Origin: Vicugna vicugna
Lineage: Eukaryota
NCBI GenBank assembly: GCA_013265495.1
Contig: MU057744.1
Span: 994,001-1,058,000, forward strand
Length of the DNA: 64,000 nucleotides
Reading direction: 5' to 3'
Part shown: one piece after another, positions 12,167 through 26,345 of the stretch
Layout: each line of letters starts with the position of its first letter
Numbering within the stretch: position 1 is the stretch's first letter
The notes under the pieces: model-generated
What the model was told of the DNA's origin: nothing
Databases searched by the model: none
Seen by the model: the letters and a program-made list of their open reading frames with translations, nothing else
Translations under genes and position numbers: made by a program

Positions 12167-15100
12167 GTAGGAATAATTTCAGTTATATTTTTACCCTTAT
12201 TTTGTCTTCTAGAGCTTTACAAATAAAGAATGAAGAACAGAATTGTCAGGTAGTAAGTGTGGAAGTGATCTTTAAGCATCCAGTGATGTGGCATGTCTGT
12301 ACAAATGCTGTTACTTTTAGTGAGTGTGGTAGCTTTAATCCATTCTTTGAGATAAATATTTATCCATTTGCCCCAAACAGAACATCCGTGTAATTGAGTT
12401 ACAAAGGAGAGCGGCTTTGTTTTACATGTGTTTGGTTTGCTGTGGGGGGGAACATTTTTTTTAAGCCACAGCAGAACTGGATAGTTTTTAATAACATTTT
12501 TGTAATGTTTTATAAACTTTTACTTTGTTCTGATATCAAACCTTAACGTATTGTTTTACTTGTCCTTTTCCAAAATGCATTTATTGCCTTCCGATTATAA
12601 AAGAGTGGTTTGTTATTTTAAACTTCAGATAGGACAAAAATGTACCAAAAGACTGAGAACTGCTTGTCACCCGCTATTCACCTTTTGGGGTTCATCCTTC
12701 CAGAAGCTTCCTTGGGTCACCAAGTGCTTCAGTTACTTCTTGTACCGTCAGCTCATCTTTTTTCACTCACTCAGAGCTCACTAGCAAAAGTGCACAAGAC
12801 CTCAACCTGCTAAGTTATATTTACAGCATTAAATGGCTCAACAAGGATGTTTCGCCTCAAGACGGGCTGGTTCAGCCCCGCTTTCTCCCTAACACCAAGC
12901 TCATTTGTAACAGGACAAATTTGAAGCTTTGTTTAGTCTGGCTTGAAACATCAGTCAGTAATAAATCATTAATAGTGATATTCTTGGGTAATCAAATCAC
13001 TTTTGAAGTAAAGCAAAGTTATACTAACTATAGTTGATAAAAACAAGCCATTTTAAGCCATTTTAACTGTAAACACAGTTCTCTTGAAAATTGTCCCTGG
13101 TGCTACTTTTAACTTTGATCTGGGGGTCTTCAGTCACCCCCGTGACTATCATATTCTTATTCATTAGTCCTGATACTCAGCATTTTCATTCGAATTATGA
13201 TCAAATGATTGACTTCGACCCTGACTGAATTTGAACTCTTTTAGCAAACCTAAAGTGTAAGTCGTTCCTTTCTTGCAGTGCTTAATTTGTTCAGTAAAGA
13301 TTTGCTCCTCACATTTTTGGTGACATGATACAGACTCCTCTGAAGATACAAGACTGTTATATTGTTTGTTTAGTTTTAGGGATTTTCCAAAATCGTTTAA
13401 GATTAGGAACAGAATATGCATTAGGACGCTTTGGTATTTTTTCTAATTTTAGTGTTGCAGTTCTGGCTTTACCAAGTAAGATTATTCTCAAAGATGAGAA
13501 GAGTTAACAACTGAAAAAGTGGGGGATCCTATTTGAGACTTTTATTATCTTCTGTTTTAAAACAAGATGTCTTATATTCCTATAAAAAGTAACACTGCAC
13601 CTAGCTACTTCAGTTGGCTATTTCTTTGCATAATCTATAGGATTTGTTCTAACTGTGAGATATCCAGAAAGATTCTTTGAAACCAACTTGGCAGTTAGAA
13701 CAAAGAAAACTCACTAGGGAAGAAATGTTTAAAAAAAACAAACCCCACACTTCATTTTCTGTAGCTCAGACGTTAAAAGCAAGCTGAAAACACATTCTTT
13801 TGACTATGTAATATTTACCGTTTCAGTGATTTTTATTATTTAAAAACTAAAATCCACTTCTACTTAAGACTTTAGCTGCCTTTTTTGAATGATGCCAAGG
13901 AAAAACATTGTGGTATCCTGGTGTCAACAACTGAAGTCTGACGTCTCAGAAAATTTCATAAAGAACCCTTTACTTTTGGCAATTTAAGATCAATACCCCG
14001 TCTAACCGAGCTGTCGTCCTCCTAGAGTTTGTTACACCCGGTCCTTAGCAAGCGAATGCCCGGAGACTGGGTACTCTCGGGCAGGAGACACGCAGCGGGG
14101 GTGGCGGGTGGAGACCAGACCCCAAGCAGAGCTTCCAGACTTGGTGGAGAAGCAGTGTGCCCAGCATTAGATTCTAGATGTGGATAGAATTCAGCTGTTA
14201 AGAATTGTTCATGGTTCTTTATGTTAAAGCAGACGTTGCCCAGAATGTTCAAGTCAAAAAATAAAATTCTAACCACTTTAACTACACGCACACATATATG
14301 GCAGATCAGAGTAAAGTAAAATTTCTTCCAGTTTGCAGCCAAGAATCCATACCAAGTGGAGACTGAAGTAACAGGAAAAATAGTAAATATTAGGATGCCA
14401 AGTTGGAGTTAGAGGTTATGAGGGAAGTGACATTTTCCGCTGTTTATCTGTTTACTTGGTTTTACCAAACTACAGTTTTTTTTTAAGTTTTAAAAGCGAC
14501 ATTAAAATGTTGGAATGATGTGGCATGGTTAGTATGACTCTGATGTACGATGTTAGTGATGAGGGAAGCTGGTGCAGGGTATACAGGAGTGCTCTATGCT
14601 ATTGTCGCAAGTTTTCTGTAAATCTAAAAGTATTGTGAAGTACGTGTATGTTTAAAAACACGTATTTAGAATCTAGAAAGATGAAAATACTCGTTGAAAA
14701 TTTCGTCACTCTAATACAACTATTTTTGTCACTTTGATGTATTCAGTTGTGCATTTTGATATGAATGATTATAAAACCTGTTTGCAGATAATTTTATATC
14801 TCGCTTTTGTTATATAATATTATCTCATAAACATTTCATCCAGTTCTCTGCACGGTCTCACCATCAGTCTGAATGGCTACATGATACTGTCATCCCTGGT
14901 ATTTATTGATGATAGAAACAGACACTAGGGTGTGTGTGGGGTGAGGTCACCCCCAGCAGAAGGAATGCTGTAAGTCAAGGCTCCAAGGAGAGCGAGTGAC
15001 AGATACTGTGCCTGGAGCTGAAGCACTGGGAGATGTATGTGGTGAGGCTGGAAGACACGTTGGAGCCCGGGCCCCCGAGCCTTGAACGCCAGAGACGTCG

Positions 15101-16609
15101 ACAGGAGGTATTGGCGGTTTTAAGTGATGCTCCCATGACTGTATCTGGGACCCTGCGGGACTGGAGAGAGATGAGACTAGGATTTGAGCCTGTGCCTGGG
15201 AGGTGGTTGCTACTAACAGTATCAGGAGAGAATTCAGGAAGAAGGGAAGGTTTGCGAGTCGTGAGGATTGAGCTTTGTTCGTGGGTTGTAGGGTTCGGGG
15301 TCTGTGAGATGTGTGACAGGAATTGCCCACTGGGGTTTGGTTTAGGGTTCATGCCTCAGGTTACAGCTGGAGCTGGAGGGGAGGATGAGAGAGTCCTTGT
15401 CAGAGAGCAAAGAGGAGGACTGGGGATGGAGCCTTGAGGAGCACTTCCGTCTGGAGGCCAGAGGAGGCGCTCAAGGCAGACGCGGAGACGCCGGAGAAAA
15501 GGCTGTGTGTGGTCGAGGCATTCCTGTCAGGCACCGACCCAGTTTGTCGCTGAATGTGTGCTGACGATCGATCGCTGTCTCTTCCAGTGACTGGACCTTG
15601 GCCCGCGAGGGCAGGGGCCGCTGTGTCTCCTTGCTCATAAGTGTGTCCTCAATGCTTAGTGCACAGTAAGTCTCAGCAAATACGTGTGGAATAAAGAGAG
15701 AAAGAGGCAAGCGTTGGGCATTGCTTCAGGTGCCAAGGATGGGGCTGCCAGCGTCGTCACCTGGCCCGGGGTGCGGTCTGCAAAGACACCATTAGATCTG
15801 TCCTGGCAGTTGTTACCGGGGCCTTTCAGGAGGGAAATCCATCCTAGGGACAAAAATGTAATTGCCGAAGGCTTACGGAGGTAGTGGGTGATGAGAAGGT
15901 CTCTGTGGTTCTGCCACATTCGTCAGGGTAGCAGGGAAGGTACGACTGGGCGGTGGTGTGACAGTGTTTCGTAAACTGGAAACACATTATGGGAGGACAG
16001 ATGAGCAGCCACCCCGTCATCCATCCGTCTATCAAGTGCCTGAGCCAGGGGTGTATTACCACTTCTCCCGTAGGTGCTGGGGAAGCTGAGGAACACTTAG
16101 AGCTTACAGTCAGACTGGGTGTTTCACAGTCTCCAGCAAGGAACGCTGAGTTGGGTGTTTAAGCTAAGAACCTCTGCCTTAGATCCTCATAAACCTGAGA
16201 GGGAAAGAAGAGGGAGGAGTCACTGATGGAGTTCATTCAGCAGGTAAGGAAGCTTCTCAGGACGAAGACTTGTTTCTCCCACCCAGAGACCTGTTAGCCC
16301 CTCTCTCCCCCAAGCCTTCTCTGCCGTGGGAGGGGCTTCCCTGGAGGGGGGTCTCTAGGGCAGGATGGAAGTCCAGGCTTGGTCCCCTCGGGCCCGGGGA
16401 AGTTCCCGAAAGTTCCCATTTCCTGTGAAGTGACAGGATAAAAACGGAGTTGTAGATAGGTGGGTTATCCTGGTGGTGGCCTGTCCAGCGGATGGGTGGG
16501 AAGAAAGACTGAGGCCCAGAGTCCCCCAGCTGCTCCCACAGTCACCCTGCAGGGTCCTCGCAGGGCCCGGGTGCCGCTCGTGGGAGAGGAGCTGGAGAAG
16601 GGTAGTGCA

Positions 16610-16990
16610 GTACAGAGAACTGCGCCCCCCCCACCTCGGGCTGCTGTGAGGACCTCCACACAGTCCACAAGCCTGAGATCAGGGTGGGCTCCCCCTGAGG
16701 CCGGGAGGGTGGGGTCTGCTCCAGGCCTCCCTCCTTGGCTCGTAGACCGCCGTCTCCCCCCACCGCCCCGCCCCTTGTCAACACATCGTGTTCCCTCCGT
16801 GCGTGCCTGTCTCTGGGTCCACAGTTCCCTTTCTGTAAGGACACCCGTCACGCTGGTTTAGGGCCCACCCAAGGGCCCGCATGTAATGTGCAAAGAGCCT
16901 GTCTCCAAATACAGTCACTCTCTGAGGTCGGGGCGGTGGCGGTTAGGACTCCAGGGTCTGTCTTTTGACTGACACCATTCAATCCCTAAC
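16610..16990 (-). mobile_element. MLT1-type LTR, degraded and GC-enriched
   Basis: gcctgagatcagggtggg...ttctgtaaggacacccgtcacgctggtttagggccc...tctccaaatacagtcactctctgagg. Confidence 0.65.
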
Positions 16991-18319
16991 AGTGCTTGAA
17001 AACAGAAGGAGAAAAAACAAGAACCAACTAGTAAGGACACATTTGGGGGACAGATGTAAAGGATTCAGGGTCTGACAAGACTTGGGACTGAAGAGGAGGG
17101 AAGGGTTAGAGATCTGCTTCAGAGAGTCCCCGCTGGTGACCAGGTGCATGGCAGGGCCACTGTCACACAGCAGGAAAACAGCTTAGCTGGGCAGTGGAGG
17201 GGAAAAAAGTGAGTTCATCTTTTTTACACTCTTAAGATGTCACCAGGCACATCATAAAAGTGGTATGAGTGTGTAACGAATAAATGACACTAACCACGGA
17301 CAAACCTGTACAGCATTTCTGCTGGTGATGGGGCGGCAGAGAAAGATGACGCAGGGGAGGCCGACCCCAGAGGGGCAGGGGGTTCCCATTTGTAATAAGG
17401 AATCTGTGTTCAGGTGACCAGAGCAAAGGGTGTTGAAGAAAGCAGCAGGAAGGGCTGCAGGCGCGAGTGCCCAGGAATCGGCGCTTGTGCGAGGCCAGGC
17501 CCACCGCCTCAGGGGCCACGGTGCTTGCGGCAGCCTGGTTTGCAGAGGACTCGCTGGCGGGTTCCTCCCTCCGGAAGCCGCAGGGGGGCTGAGCGGCCAT
17601 CGTGCACACGGGCAGCTGGGCCCCCAGGTCCCAGGACTCCTTCCTGCAGGGCAGGGGTTGGCCCTGTTATTCGAGGGAAGGAGGATGGAGAGGCGTCAGC
17701 CCTAGCTGAGAAGAGAGGCAGGCGGGTGGGGAAGGAAGCAGAATGGGAGGAGGGAGCTCTGAGCTTCCAGAACTGCAGGAGGGAGAGCCCAGCCTCCCCA
17801 AGCCCCAAACGCGGGAGTAGTTTCCAAAGAACTCCTCGGTGACTCCGACCCACCCTACTCCCTCCCTGCAAATGACAGCATTGAGTAGGGGGCGGGGCTG
17901 AAAGTGTCCGGCCGTGGGTTAAGTTCACCTACCGCACAGCAAGGTCGAAGTAGGAATAATTTTAGTTTACGTTAACGTGAATCTGCAGTTCGAGTTACTG
18001 TGAGATTGGCCACAAGTGACCCTCTTGTCCTGCATGCTCCGTATCCTCTCGCCACCCTACCCTTCTTGGCCACTTCTGGCTGATCCACGAGCCTGGGACA
18101 TCACTTTGTACATAGAAGGGGCTTCAAACATGGGCCCTGGAAAGGGACCGGGGTCTTGCACCGCCGAGTGGCCGCTCTGTGATCTGGCACAATGCGCAGT
18201 AATGAGAACCCTGAAAGGCAGACTTTTAAAGCTTAGAAGGACACACCGCTTAGTGTCCCACAGAAAACAGATTTATGTTTTCTTACAGAGTTATTAGTGC
18301 GCACCTATGATCTGCTCAG

Positions 18320-18482
18320 ACCAATTGTTCTGGACCCCAGCTGCATGTTAGAATTACTTGCAGGATTTTTATAAAATGCATGCCTGGGTCCCATTCCCTG
18401 GAGAGTCTAGCTGAAGTGGTCTGGGGTAGGCTCCAAGCATGGATGTTCCTTAAGTGTCCCAGAACTTTGTTGTGCAGCCAGG
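18320..18482. mobile_element. MER5B-like MITE
   Basis: ctgcatgttagaattacttgcaggatttttataaaatgc...gtggtctggggtagg...gtgcagccagggtgaaga. Confidence 0.7.
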
Positions 18483-19014
18483 GTGAAGAGGGCTGGGGCC
18501 GACCATGCGTCCCCAGGGTGGAGGAGTCCAGGCGTGTCAGCATCAGCACCAGCTCTTCGTGTGGCACAGGTGCGGGCTGCTCCTGCCTGCCGCCATGTGT
18601 GGCCGGCCAGCTGAGGTGGCGTGGGGGCAGCCTGGGTGGGCCCTACCCTCCAGGTCGTCCCTGCACTGTTGTCCGTGGTCCCAGCAGGCAGAAGAGGGCA
18701 GCCCGCTGCTGGTGAAGAGCGTGAGGCGGGGGGGCCTTTGACCCCTGAAGCCTGTCCTCCAACCCTTAGGCCCAGTAACCCAAGGAGCACACATTGGAAG
18801 TGCGGATGTGATGGATTTGAGTCAGAGTTTAGGCTGCTTTAGATCTGTTCTTCACCCGCTCACGTGTTTCTGATGCAGAGATTATGCTGACGCTCACGAC
18901 CTTAGACGGGGAAGAGGCGGTGTCACTTGGTCCGTTTCTCACTTTGCAGATGAGAATACAGACGTCCAAAAAGACAGTTCTTCCTTTTCAGAGGCGATGA
19001 ACGTGTCACGCGCG

Positions 19015-19590
19015 GGTTGCTCTTCTCGGGCTGCCACAACAGAGAACCACAGACTGAGTGGCTTCAGCGAGATTTATGGTCTCGCAAACTGGGGGACAGA
19101 AGTCCGTGGTCAAAGTGTTCTCAGCGGTGGCTCCTTCCGAGAGCCCAGTGGGGGGAGGGTACGGCTCAGCGGTAGAGCACGTGCTTAGCACGCACAGGGT
19201 CCTGGGTTCAGTCCCCAGTACCTCTATTAAAAATAAGTAAATAAACCTAATTACCTCCCAACCACCAAAAAAAAAAAAAAATACCAAAACAACCTGAGGC
19301 TGTGAGGCAGAACCCATCCCAGGCCTCTGCTGAGCTTCTGGCCGCTGGCCAGCCGTCTTCGGCCTTGCTTGGCTCGTAGATGCATCACCCCGCTTTCTCA
19401 CACCCCCCTCGGCCCCTCTGTGGCTTCCAGAGGGAGGAACCCCTTCACCCTCACACATCATCCTCCCTGGGCCCTGGGTGGGTGTCTGTATCCACGTTTC
19501 CCAATGAGGATTGGGACTGGATTTCCCAGTCGTACTGAGGTTTGGACTCCAACATAGGTGTTCTGGAGGGGACACAATTCAGCCCGTAGC
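19015..19590 (-). mobile_element. MLT1-type LTR interrupted by a SINE
   Basis: gggctgccacaacagagaaccacagactgagtggctt...ggactccaacataggtgttctggaggggacacaattcagccc. Confidence 0.7.
19150..19290 (+). mobile_element. tRNA-Ala-derived SINE (vic-1-like)
   Basis: gggagggtacggctcagcggtagagcacgtgcttagcacgcac...gggttcagtcccc, then taaacctaattacctccc and an A tail. Confidence 0.92.
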
Positions 19591-20204
19591 AGCATGTGAC
19601 GATTCTGTGCTGATTGCACGGCAGCCTTTGTCTTGGAGTCTAGTGCTCAGCAGGCATTTAAGAAGTGGGGTGGATGGGTGGATCCCTGACCCCCAGCATC
19701 CGGAGTGCTGAGTGTGTGCTGGCAGTTAATCGGAGGCACAAGACATGCACCCTGATTGTTCACATTCTCCTCCGAGCAGAACGCCAGAGCTTTCCCGACT
19801 AGCCTCGAGTCTTGTGACGGGCTGTGCTTCGATGGTCTTTCCCTCTGTCCGTGTGGGTCACACATAGCTTCTCCCATGCCCTCTCCTGGGCTCTGCTCCC
19901 CATCTGGGGTACAGCTGAGTTTGCCCATCCTTGGCCAGATCACACCGCCTTAGTTGCGATAAGCACAGTTCATTTATTTAAAAGCTGTTCAGTGTAACTG
20001 TGAGCTAGGAATAAAAAATTCTGTTAAATGATTACTTTTCCATAATAAAAGTCTTGTGCTTATTAAAAGAAGATGAGGGAAGTATTGTTTCCTCTTTTTC
20101 CCTTTGCAACAGTGTAACTTTTTTCTATAAGCACACAGTATAGACAGCATCATAAGCACTTTGTATAAGGAGTTAGTTTGATGTAATCAAAAGAAAAGTA
20201 ATTA

Positions 20205-20430
20205 CAGTTAACATTTTAAGGCCAAGTGTTGTTCTAAGTACTTACCTGTATGAACTCCTTTAATTTTCAAAATGATCCTATGTGGGATATGCTATTATTA
20301 TGCCCATTTTACAGATGCACACTGAGGCACAGAGAAGTTAAGTCATTTGTTTAAGATCCCACAGATGTTTGAATAGTAGAGCCAAGACTTGAACCACAAA
20401 GACAGTCTGACTCCAGAATCCGTGCTGTAT
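20205..20430 (-). mobile_element. MIR
   Basis: tattattatgcccattttacagatgcacactgaggcacagagaagttaagtcatttg core. Confidence 0.85.
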
Positions 20431-23281
20431 CTGCTTCCTCCCTCACGTGGTCTTTGGCAGGTCCCAAACTCTGGCACTTAGCTATATCACTTTGAACGAG
20501 TTACCTAACCACTCTGTCACTTTCTGCCTCCATAAAATGGGTATAGTAATACAAGTCTCCTAGCACACAGTAGGTGCTCAGTAAGTGTCTGGTTAGTATT
20601 ATATTTAAATGAAATGAACTCCATACAGTGCCCATATCTCTCAGCCAGCTCACAACCTTTCTCTTCACCTCCAACTCAGACGTGATCTGAAATGTTGAGC
20701 CCCAAAGAGGGGCAGGTGAACTTGGTTCTCCTCCCTGTCCCCCAGCAAGTGGGAATTCAACACTACAGTTTCCTGCTCTGGGCAGAGTGCTCCCAGGTGA
20801 GTGTCCCCATCTGGCCCCAACAGCTGATCCCAGCCCCTTCTCCCCCAGTGGTCCATTGTGCACCTCTTACCTTGGACAGCGTCCTTTCAAGATGGCGAGG
20901 GCTCTGGTCCACTCAGACTCACTGTCCCACCATCAGGGACAGCTCCAGCTGGCTTCTAGCTTCCTCATGCACACAAGTGGGGTCTGCCAGTGGCAGGAGG
21001 GTTGGGATGGTGAGGATCTGCAGATCAATGGGCATCCAGCTGAGGAGTGAGAGGCCATCTCCCCCTCCTGGCTAACACCCCCGACCAGTGATCTTGAAGC
21101 CCCCCTCACTTGGCTGTGGGGGTGAGGTGGAGACCTGCCCCTTCCTCCTTGTGGGCAGAGGAAGGAGAGCAGCCACAGCCCTCACCTCTTCCACTAAGGC
21201 CTTCAAAGAAACCTCTTCCTCTTCTTTAAGCTGAGGGTGGGGCTCGTACCGCCGTCCTTGGCCCTCAGCTGGTCCTGGGGGTTTACTTGGCACCTCTGCG
21301 TGGAATACGTGCGTACCCCTGTCCTCAGCTTGGGAGCCCAACCAAGACTCTTAGGACAGTGGGAAGACATCCCATTTCCTACCCTGCTAGGTTATATTCC
21401 ATGCCACAGAGGTACTTGAGTTTCCTGACTGTGGGATTTGAGGTCGTGTCAACTGTTTTTCTGTTGTAAGCACTGCTGTGTGAACGGCCGGGTGTCAGTC
21501 CCACCACGTAAAGCTGTATGTTTCCTTAGACTACACTTGCATCTCTGTGTACAGGCTGGTCCTCACAGGACACGCGGCCGGTCTGTTTTTCCCCTAAGTA
21601 AGATATAAGGGCTCAAATGCAATTCCTGGTGACAAATGCCACCAAATTTTTAAAAAAAGAGTATGATGTTTTATCTATTGAAAGCCTACCAACAGCTAAT
21701 TGATTTCTTTGAAATGAAATAAGTCTTTCAAAAATAAAGTTCCACCTTATGTTACCCAGAGGAAAGGTGGGGCAGAGGCATATGTAAACCACAGAACTGC
21801 AGGCATGCTGGTCCGGTGGGAGCATCACACAAAGTGTCATGTGAGGCCAAGACACCGTGAGCCAGAAACCTGTCCTCGTGAGTAACTGATGCTAAAGCAG
21901 CCGCCCAAGAGGTGGTGATTAGTTTTGTATTTTGTTTATTCACCAAAGAAACAGTCTTTTATTTCCAAGGACACATATTTTGTACCTTAGGGGGACTCTC
22001 CCCTGTGCCCTCGGTCCCTCTCTGGTCCTATCTGTCTTGTGCCTTATCTCCTAAGCCTGGTGCCACCTACTGCTACTAATCCAGGGGGGAGGCTTGGCAT
22101 GGCTAATCCTGACAATTCAGAAGTGGGTTTTGAGCCCGGACACCCATATTGACAACCTGGCATCTTCAGAGCTGAAGGGGGTGATGGGAGTCACGTTCGG
22201 CCCCCTTGTTTCACAGCGGGAACCAGAGACAGCTACTGAGTGGCTGAGTTGGGACCTGGGACCTTGGCCTGTGTCACTTCCCCCATACCCACCCCCCATG
22301 CCTAGTATTTCTGAGTTGGTAGCAGTCGGTGTTACCAGTTGCCGGTGGGCCTCTTGCCTTGCCGAAATCTAGGGAGACTTTAGGCTTTTCCACAGTTCTG
22401 AATGCTGCCACTCTGGCAGACTAGCACGAGGGTAAAAGCTACTGGAACAAAATTGGAAAAGAAGGAGGTGCTCTTTTCTTTAAATTAGGCTAAGAGGTAG
22501 TTGGCAGCACCCCATCCATCAGCCTCGTCGCCTTGGTGGAGCTACCGGCCCACCGACTGCCTGCAAAGCTGAAGCAATTACGTGCATTCTAACAGGGGAT
22601 GGACCAACCAGCACTTGCTGGAGACGGCATCTGCTGTGACTCAGCCCAGCAGGCCCCTGCCTGCTCTTCTGGATACGCTGCAGTCCTTTCAAGCTCCAAC
22701 AAGATCAGTCTGATAGATTGGTGAGCCCTTTAGTTTGTTCCCTAAGGGAACATCAGATCGTTCTACTTTTTGGAAATACTTGGTTCCTCACTTCACCCCT
22801 GATGTGAAGTTTAGAGATGAGGAACCAGGTAAAACTAGAGAACTTCCCCCAGAGCTTACACTTGGCATTTTTAATTCTGGTGAGAGGGACTCCCTTTCTC
22901 CTTGAAATCTCTATCTCCCAGCCAAACAGACTGCGCTTTCTTGAAACAGGCCACCGGAGGGTTGGTTCTCGAGACAGAGCTGTCTGGGCATTTAGAGGAG
23001 GGAGAAGGAACTTCGAGGGGTTGGTTCTGCTAGAATGGAAATCACCTGTTCGATTCTGTGAACTTAAGCATCCAATCTCCCTTGCCTGGCACCCCCCACT
23101 CTCCCTGTTCCCTGTGCTCTTCATTTATCTGCCTTCCCACCCGTCTGCGGGGTTGACTCTCTCTCCTCTGACGTGGGATGGAGGGTGCAGCGCTAGAACA
23201 GACGCACTGACCGTTGGAAAGGGGGCAACACGTGGGTGATACCAGGTGAGCTTGATGAGGGTCTTTAAGAGCCACGGGGCT

Positions 23282-23570
23282 GGGGGAAGGGCACAGCTCA
23301 GGGGTGGAGCCTGTGCCTAGCATGCACACGGCCCTGGGTTCAATCTCCGGTGCCTCCATTAAATAAATAAACCTAATTACGCCCCAAAAAAGTTAGCAAA
23401 AAGTTAGGGGGTAGGGTGTATCTCAGTGGTAGAGCATGTGCTTAGCATGCACAAGGTCCTGGGCTCAAACCCCAGCACCTCAATTTAAAAATAGATAAAT
23501 AAATAAATAAATAAATATAATTACCTCCCCCCCCAAATAAAAAACACCACACACACCAAAAAAACCCTTA
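23282..23570 (+). mobile_element. Two head-to-tail tRNA-Ala-derived SINEs (about 23282-23405 and 23406-23570)
   Basis: Two complete tRNA-like heads, each followed by the taattac(c/g)cccc tail. Confidence 0.92.
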
Positions 23571-25865
23571 AAAGAAGCCATGGATCTTTTCTTTCTGTCT
23601 TGATACCCTGGACAGTTTTGCCTAAAACAGAATGATCTGATTCTGTGTCCCATTTGGTACTTAACTTCCTCAAGCTGTGTCGCCTCACCGTGTCTAGGCT
23701 GCACATATTTATCCTGGACCGTGATTTTCCAGTGACCTGCCCGCCTCCTTGCCGAGCTCTGTCGTCCGTGGGAAGCATCACATCTCGTGGTGCTTTATCC
23801 CTAGGATGAACCCCCCACGTCCCTGACCCCACCTGGTCTCCCCTCTTTTCCCCCCACTCACTCCCTCTGCCCGTAGGCTTAGCTGCTGACAGCCTCCACT
23901 CATCAGGCACATCCGTGATGCTCTTGCTGATTGTGGGTGGAGCCTGCATGGCGCAGCCCCAGGTCTGGGTGAACCAGGGCCATCGGCTTGCTCTGCTTTG
24001 GGGTTGCTGGAGAAAATAAATTCAAGGTGAACCGTGTTCCCACTACCAATTCATGCCACCCAACCACAGTCATCCTCTCAGGGCCTCGAACACTGTTTTC
24101 CATGATGAACTTCCCGGAAATGAAATTTTAAAATGGAAATCATAGTAGTCTAATTTGATATAGTCCATTAACGTCTGTCTTTGACTAATTTCTCCTTTGG
24201 GACCAAGTCAGAATGTAATATTTGTGGTGGGGCATGCACAAGTCACAGGGCAAAAACCGCCTGCTTCCTGGCACTTGGCAGTCATTTCCCTGAGAACAGC
24301 ATGGAGAGAAGCTTGTTTACCGATCATTAAAGTGTACAGTCCTTTCCTTTACCTGCTCTGATCGACTTGGCGGCTTCTAGTCTCATTCTCGTCCAGTGTT
24401 CTGTGCACTGTAACGCCTTTGGCTTCCACCAATGGGTTCGAATTCCCCTTAAACGTCCGGCTGATGCAGGTTTCAGGGAGCAGCCACCCTCGTGCATGGT
24501 CAGGAGTGCAAATCGATGCACCTTTTCAGAGAATTATTTGGCACCATCTATGACTCGTTGATCCGGCCACCCCGCTTGAAGGACTTGACACCACAGGTGG
24601 CGTAGCAGAGTGCGTTTGGAATCGGGAGTCACCAGTGACTCACACGCACATGGGTACGGAGCGGGTGAGTGAACCTTGGCACCTTGACTCGGTGTGATGG
24701 TATTCGGCCACTAGAAAGAGGAGAGACCATTGACCTTAGCAGATATCCATAACATAGCATTAAACCAGTAAGTCAGGTGAAATGGTTTTTGGCTAAACAG
24801 CATGTCTGTGTAGGTTGCGAGTGTGGCTCTGGCTAAGAAATGAGGGATGTGCTGAGGTCATCACCAGTGACCTCTGGGGAGGGAGCTGGCATGAGAGATT
24901 GGCAGAAAAAGATTTTCACATCCCTTGTTGCTTTAAAAAAAAAAAAAGCGTTATTTTGAAAACTTGTCATTTTTGTGTGTATTTTTTTAATTAAAAGAAA
25001 AGTGATGGAATAAATCATCCAGACATTTAGGTGGTGCTCAGGCTCAGTAGACTTCCGGCCCTCGAAGCCACGTGGTCTTTCTTCAGCTCTCGCAGGAAAA
25101 TCAAAGGCTGACGTGGGGGGTTCATGAATGCACTGCCTCATTGCGAAGCCTTTGATCAGTCTGTGCCGCAGCCTTACTGGTACCCGACAGCCCAGGGTCT
25201 GTGAGTGAAAGGTCTGGAAAACCTCCCTGGCTCTCAGAAACGTCCGTATGCTCGTGGTCTGCTTGTGTCTGCTCACGCAGACCGTAATCTCCCGTAAGAC
25301 GCTTTGTGGTATTTCTGGACAATAGTCAGCTATGCTTCATCCGCAAAGGAAAATCCCCTCCCTGTTTCATCTCTGAAACCCTAGCCGAGGTCACCCCACC
25401 CCCACCAGCGCTCCCTGCCTCCAAGTCGCAGAAACAGCCATGCCGTCTTTGACCTTCACTTCAACTCCAGAAGTAGCAGATCTTCCTTGTAATCGGATAG
25501 AAAACGCGTTGAGGAGAAGAATTAAATGTACACAAACCCACGGGTTTGCTGTCACCCTCACAAAGCACCACAGCACTCGTTTCAGATTTCCGCGCTGCCG
25601 TGCTTGGTCCTTTCATCCTCTGAACCTGCCCCCGTCCCCGAGGTCTCCCGTGAGCCCTTGCCCACTCTGAGCCCCGTGGCACTCTGTCTCCGCCTTTCAA
25701 CACGTTATCCCTTGTGGCATCGATACTTCTGTGCATGTCTGTTTCGTTCCTGGATCGTGACCTTGCCGCGTCAGGGATCTGTCCCCGTCATCTCCGACAC
25801 TGAGTAGGTGCTGGATGAATGTATCCTGAAGGAAACACATTTCTGAAAGCCAGTTTCTGGAGTAA

Positions 25866-26345
25866 CAGGCAGACCTTATTTGATTGCTCTTTGCTTTACT
25901 GTGCTTTGCAGATATTGCGTCTTTTACAAATTGAAGGTTGGAGCTACCCTGTGTCCATAAATCTGTCGACACTGTTTTTCCAGTAGCATTGCTCACTTTG
26001 TGTCTCTGTGTCACATTTTGTAATTCTCACGATATTTCAGATCTTTTCATTATTATTTTATGCGTTATGGTGATCTTGAGCAGTGATCTTTGGTGTTACT
26101 ACTGCAAAAAGATTATGACTCACTGAAGGCTCAGATGATGGTTAGCTTTTTTTAGCAATAAAGTAAAAGTTAAGATATGTAGATTGCTTTTTAGAGAGAG
26201 TGCAGTTGCACACGTAATAGACTACAGGATAGTGTAAATGTAACTTTTATATGCACTGGGAAACCACAAAATTCATGCGACTTGCTTCACAGTGATGTTC
26301 GATTTATTGTGGACATGAATCCGTAACGTCCCCAAGCTATGCCTG
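25866..26345 (+). mobile_element. Internally deleted Tigger1 derivative (TcMar; Tigger1a-like)
   Basis: Terminal inverted repeats caggcagacctt / aagctatgcctg, plus Tigger1 end sequences (gcagatattgcgtcttttacaaattgaaggtt; ctgaaggctcagatgatggttagc; atatgcactgggaaacca). Confidence 0.88.

Noticed and set aside
13379..25357. NF-kB consensus sites (13379, 16397, 21992, 25348) as a feedback module
   Set aside because: GGGRNNYYCC is expected about once per 4 kb on two strands at uniform composition, so these scattered hits are not enriched.
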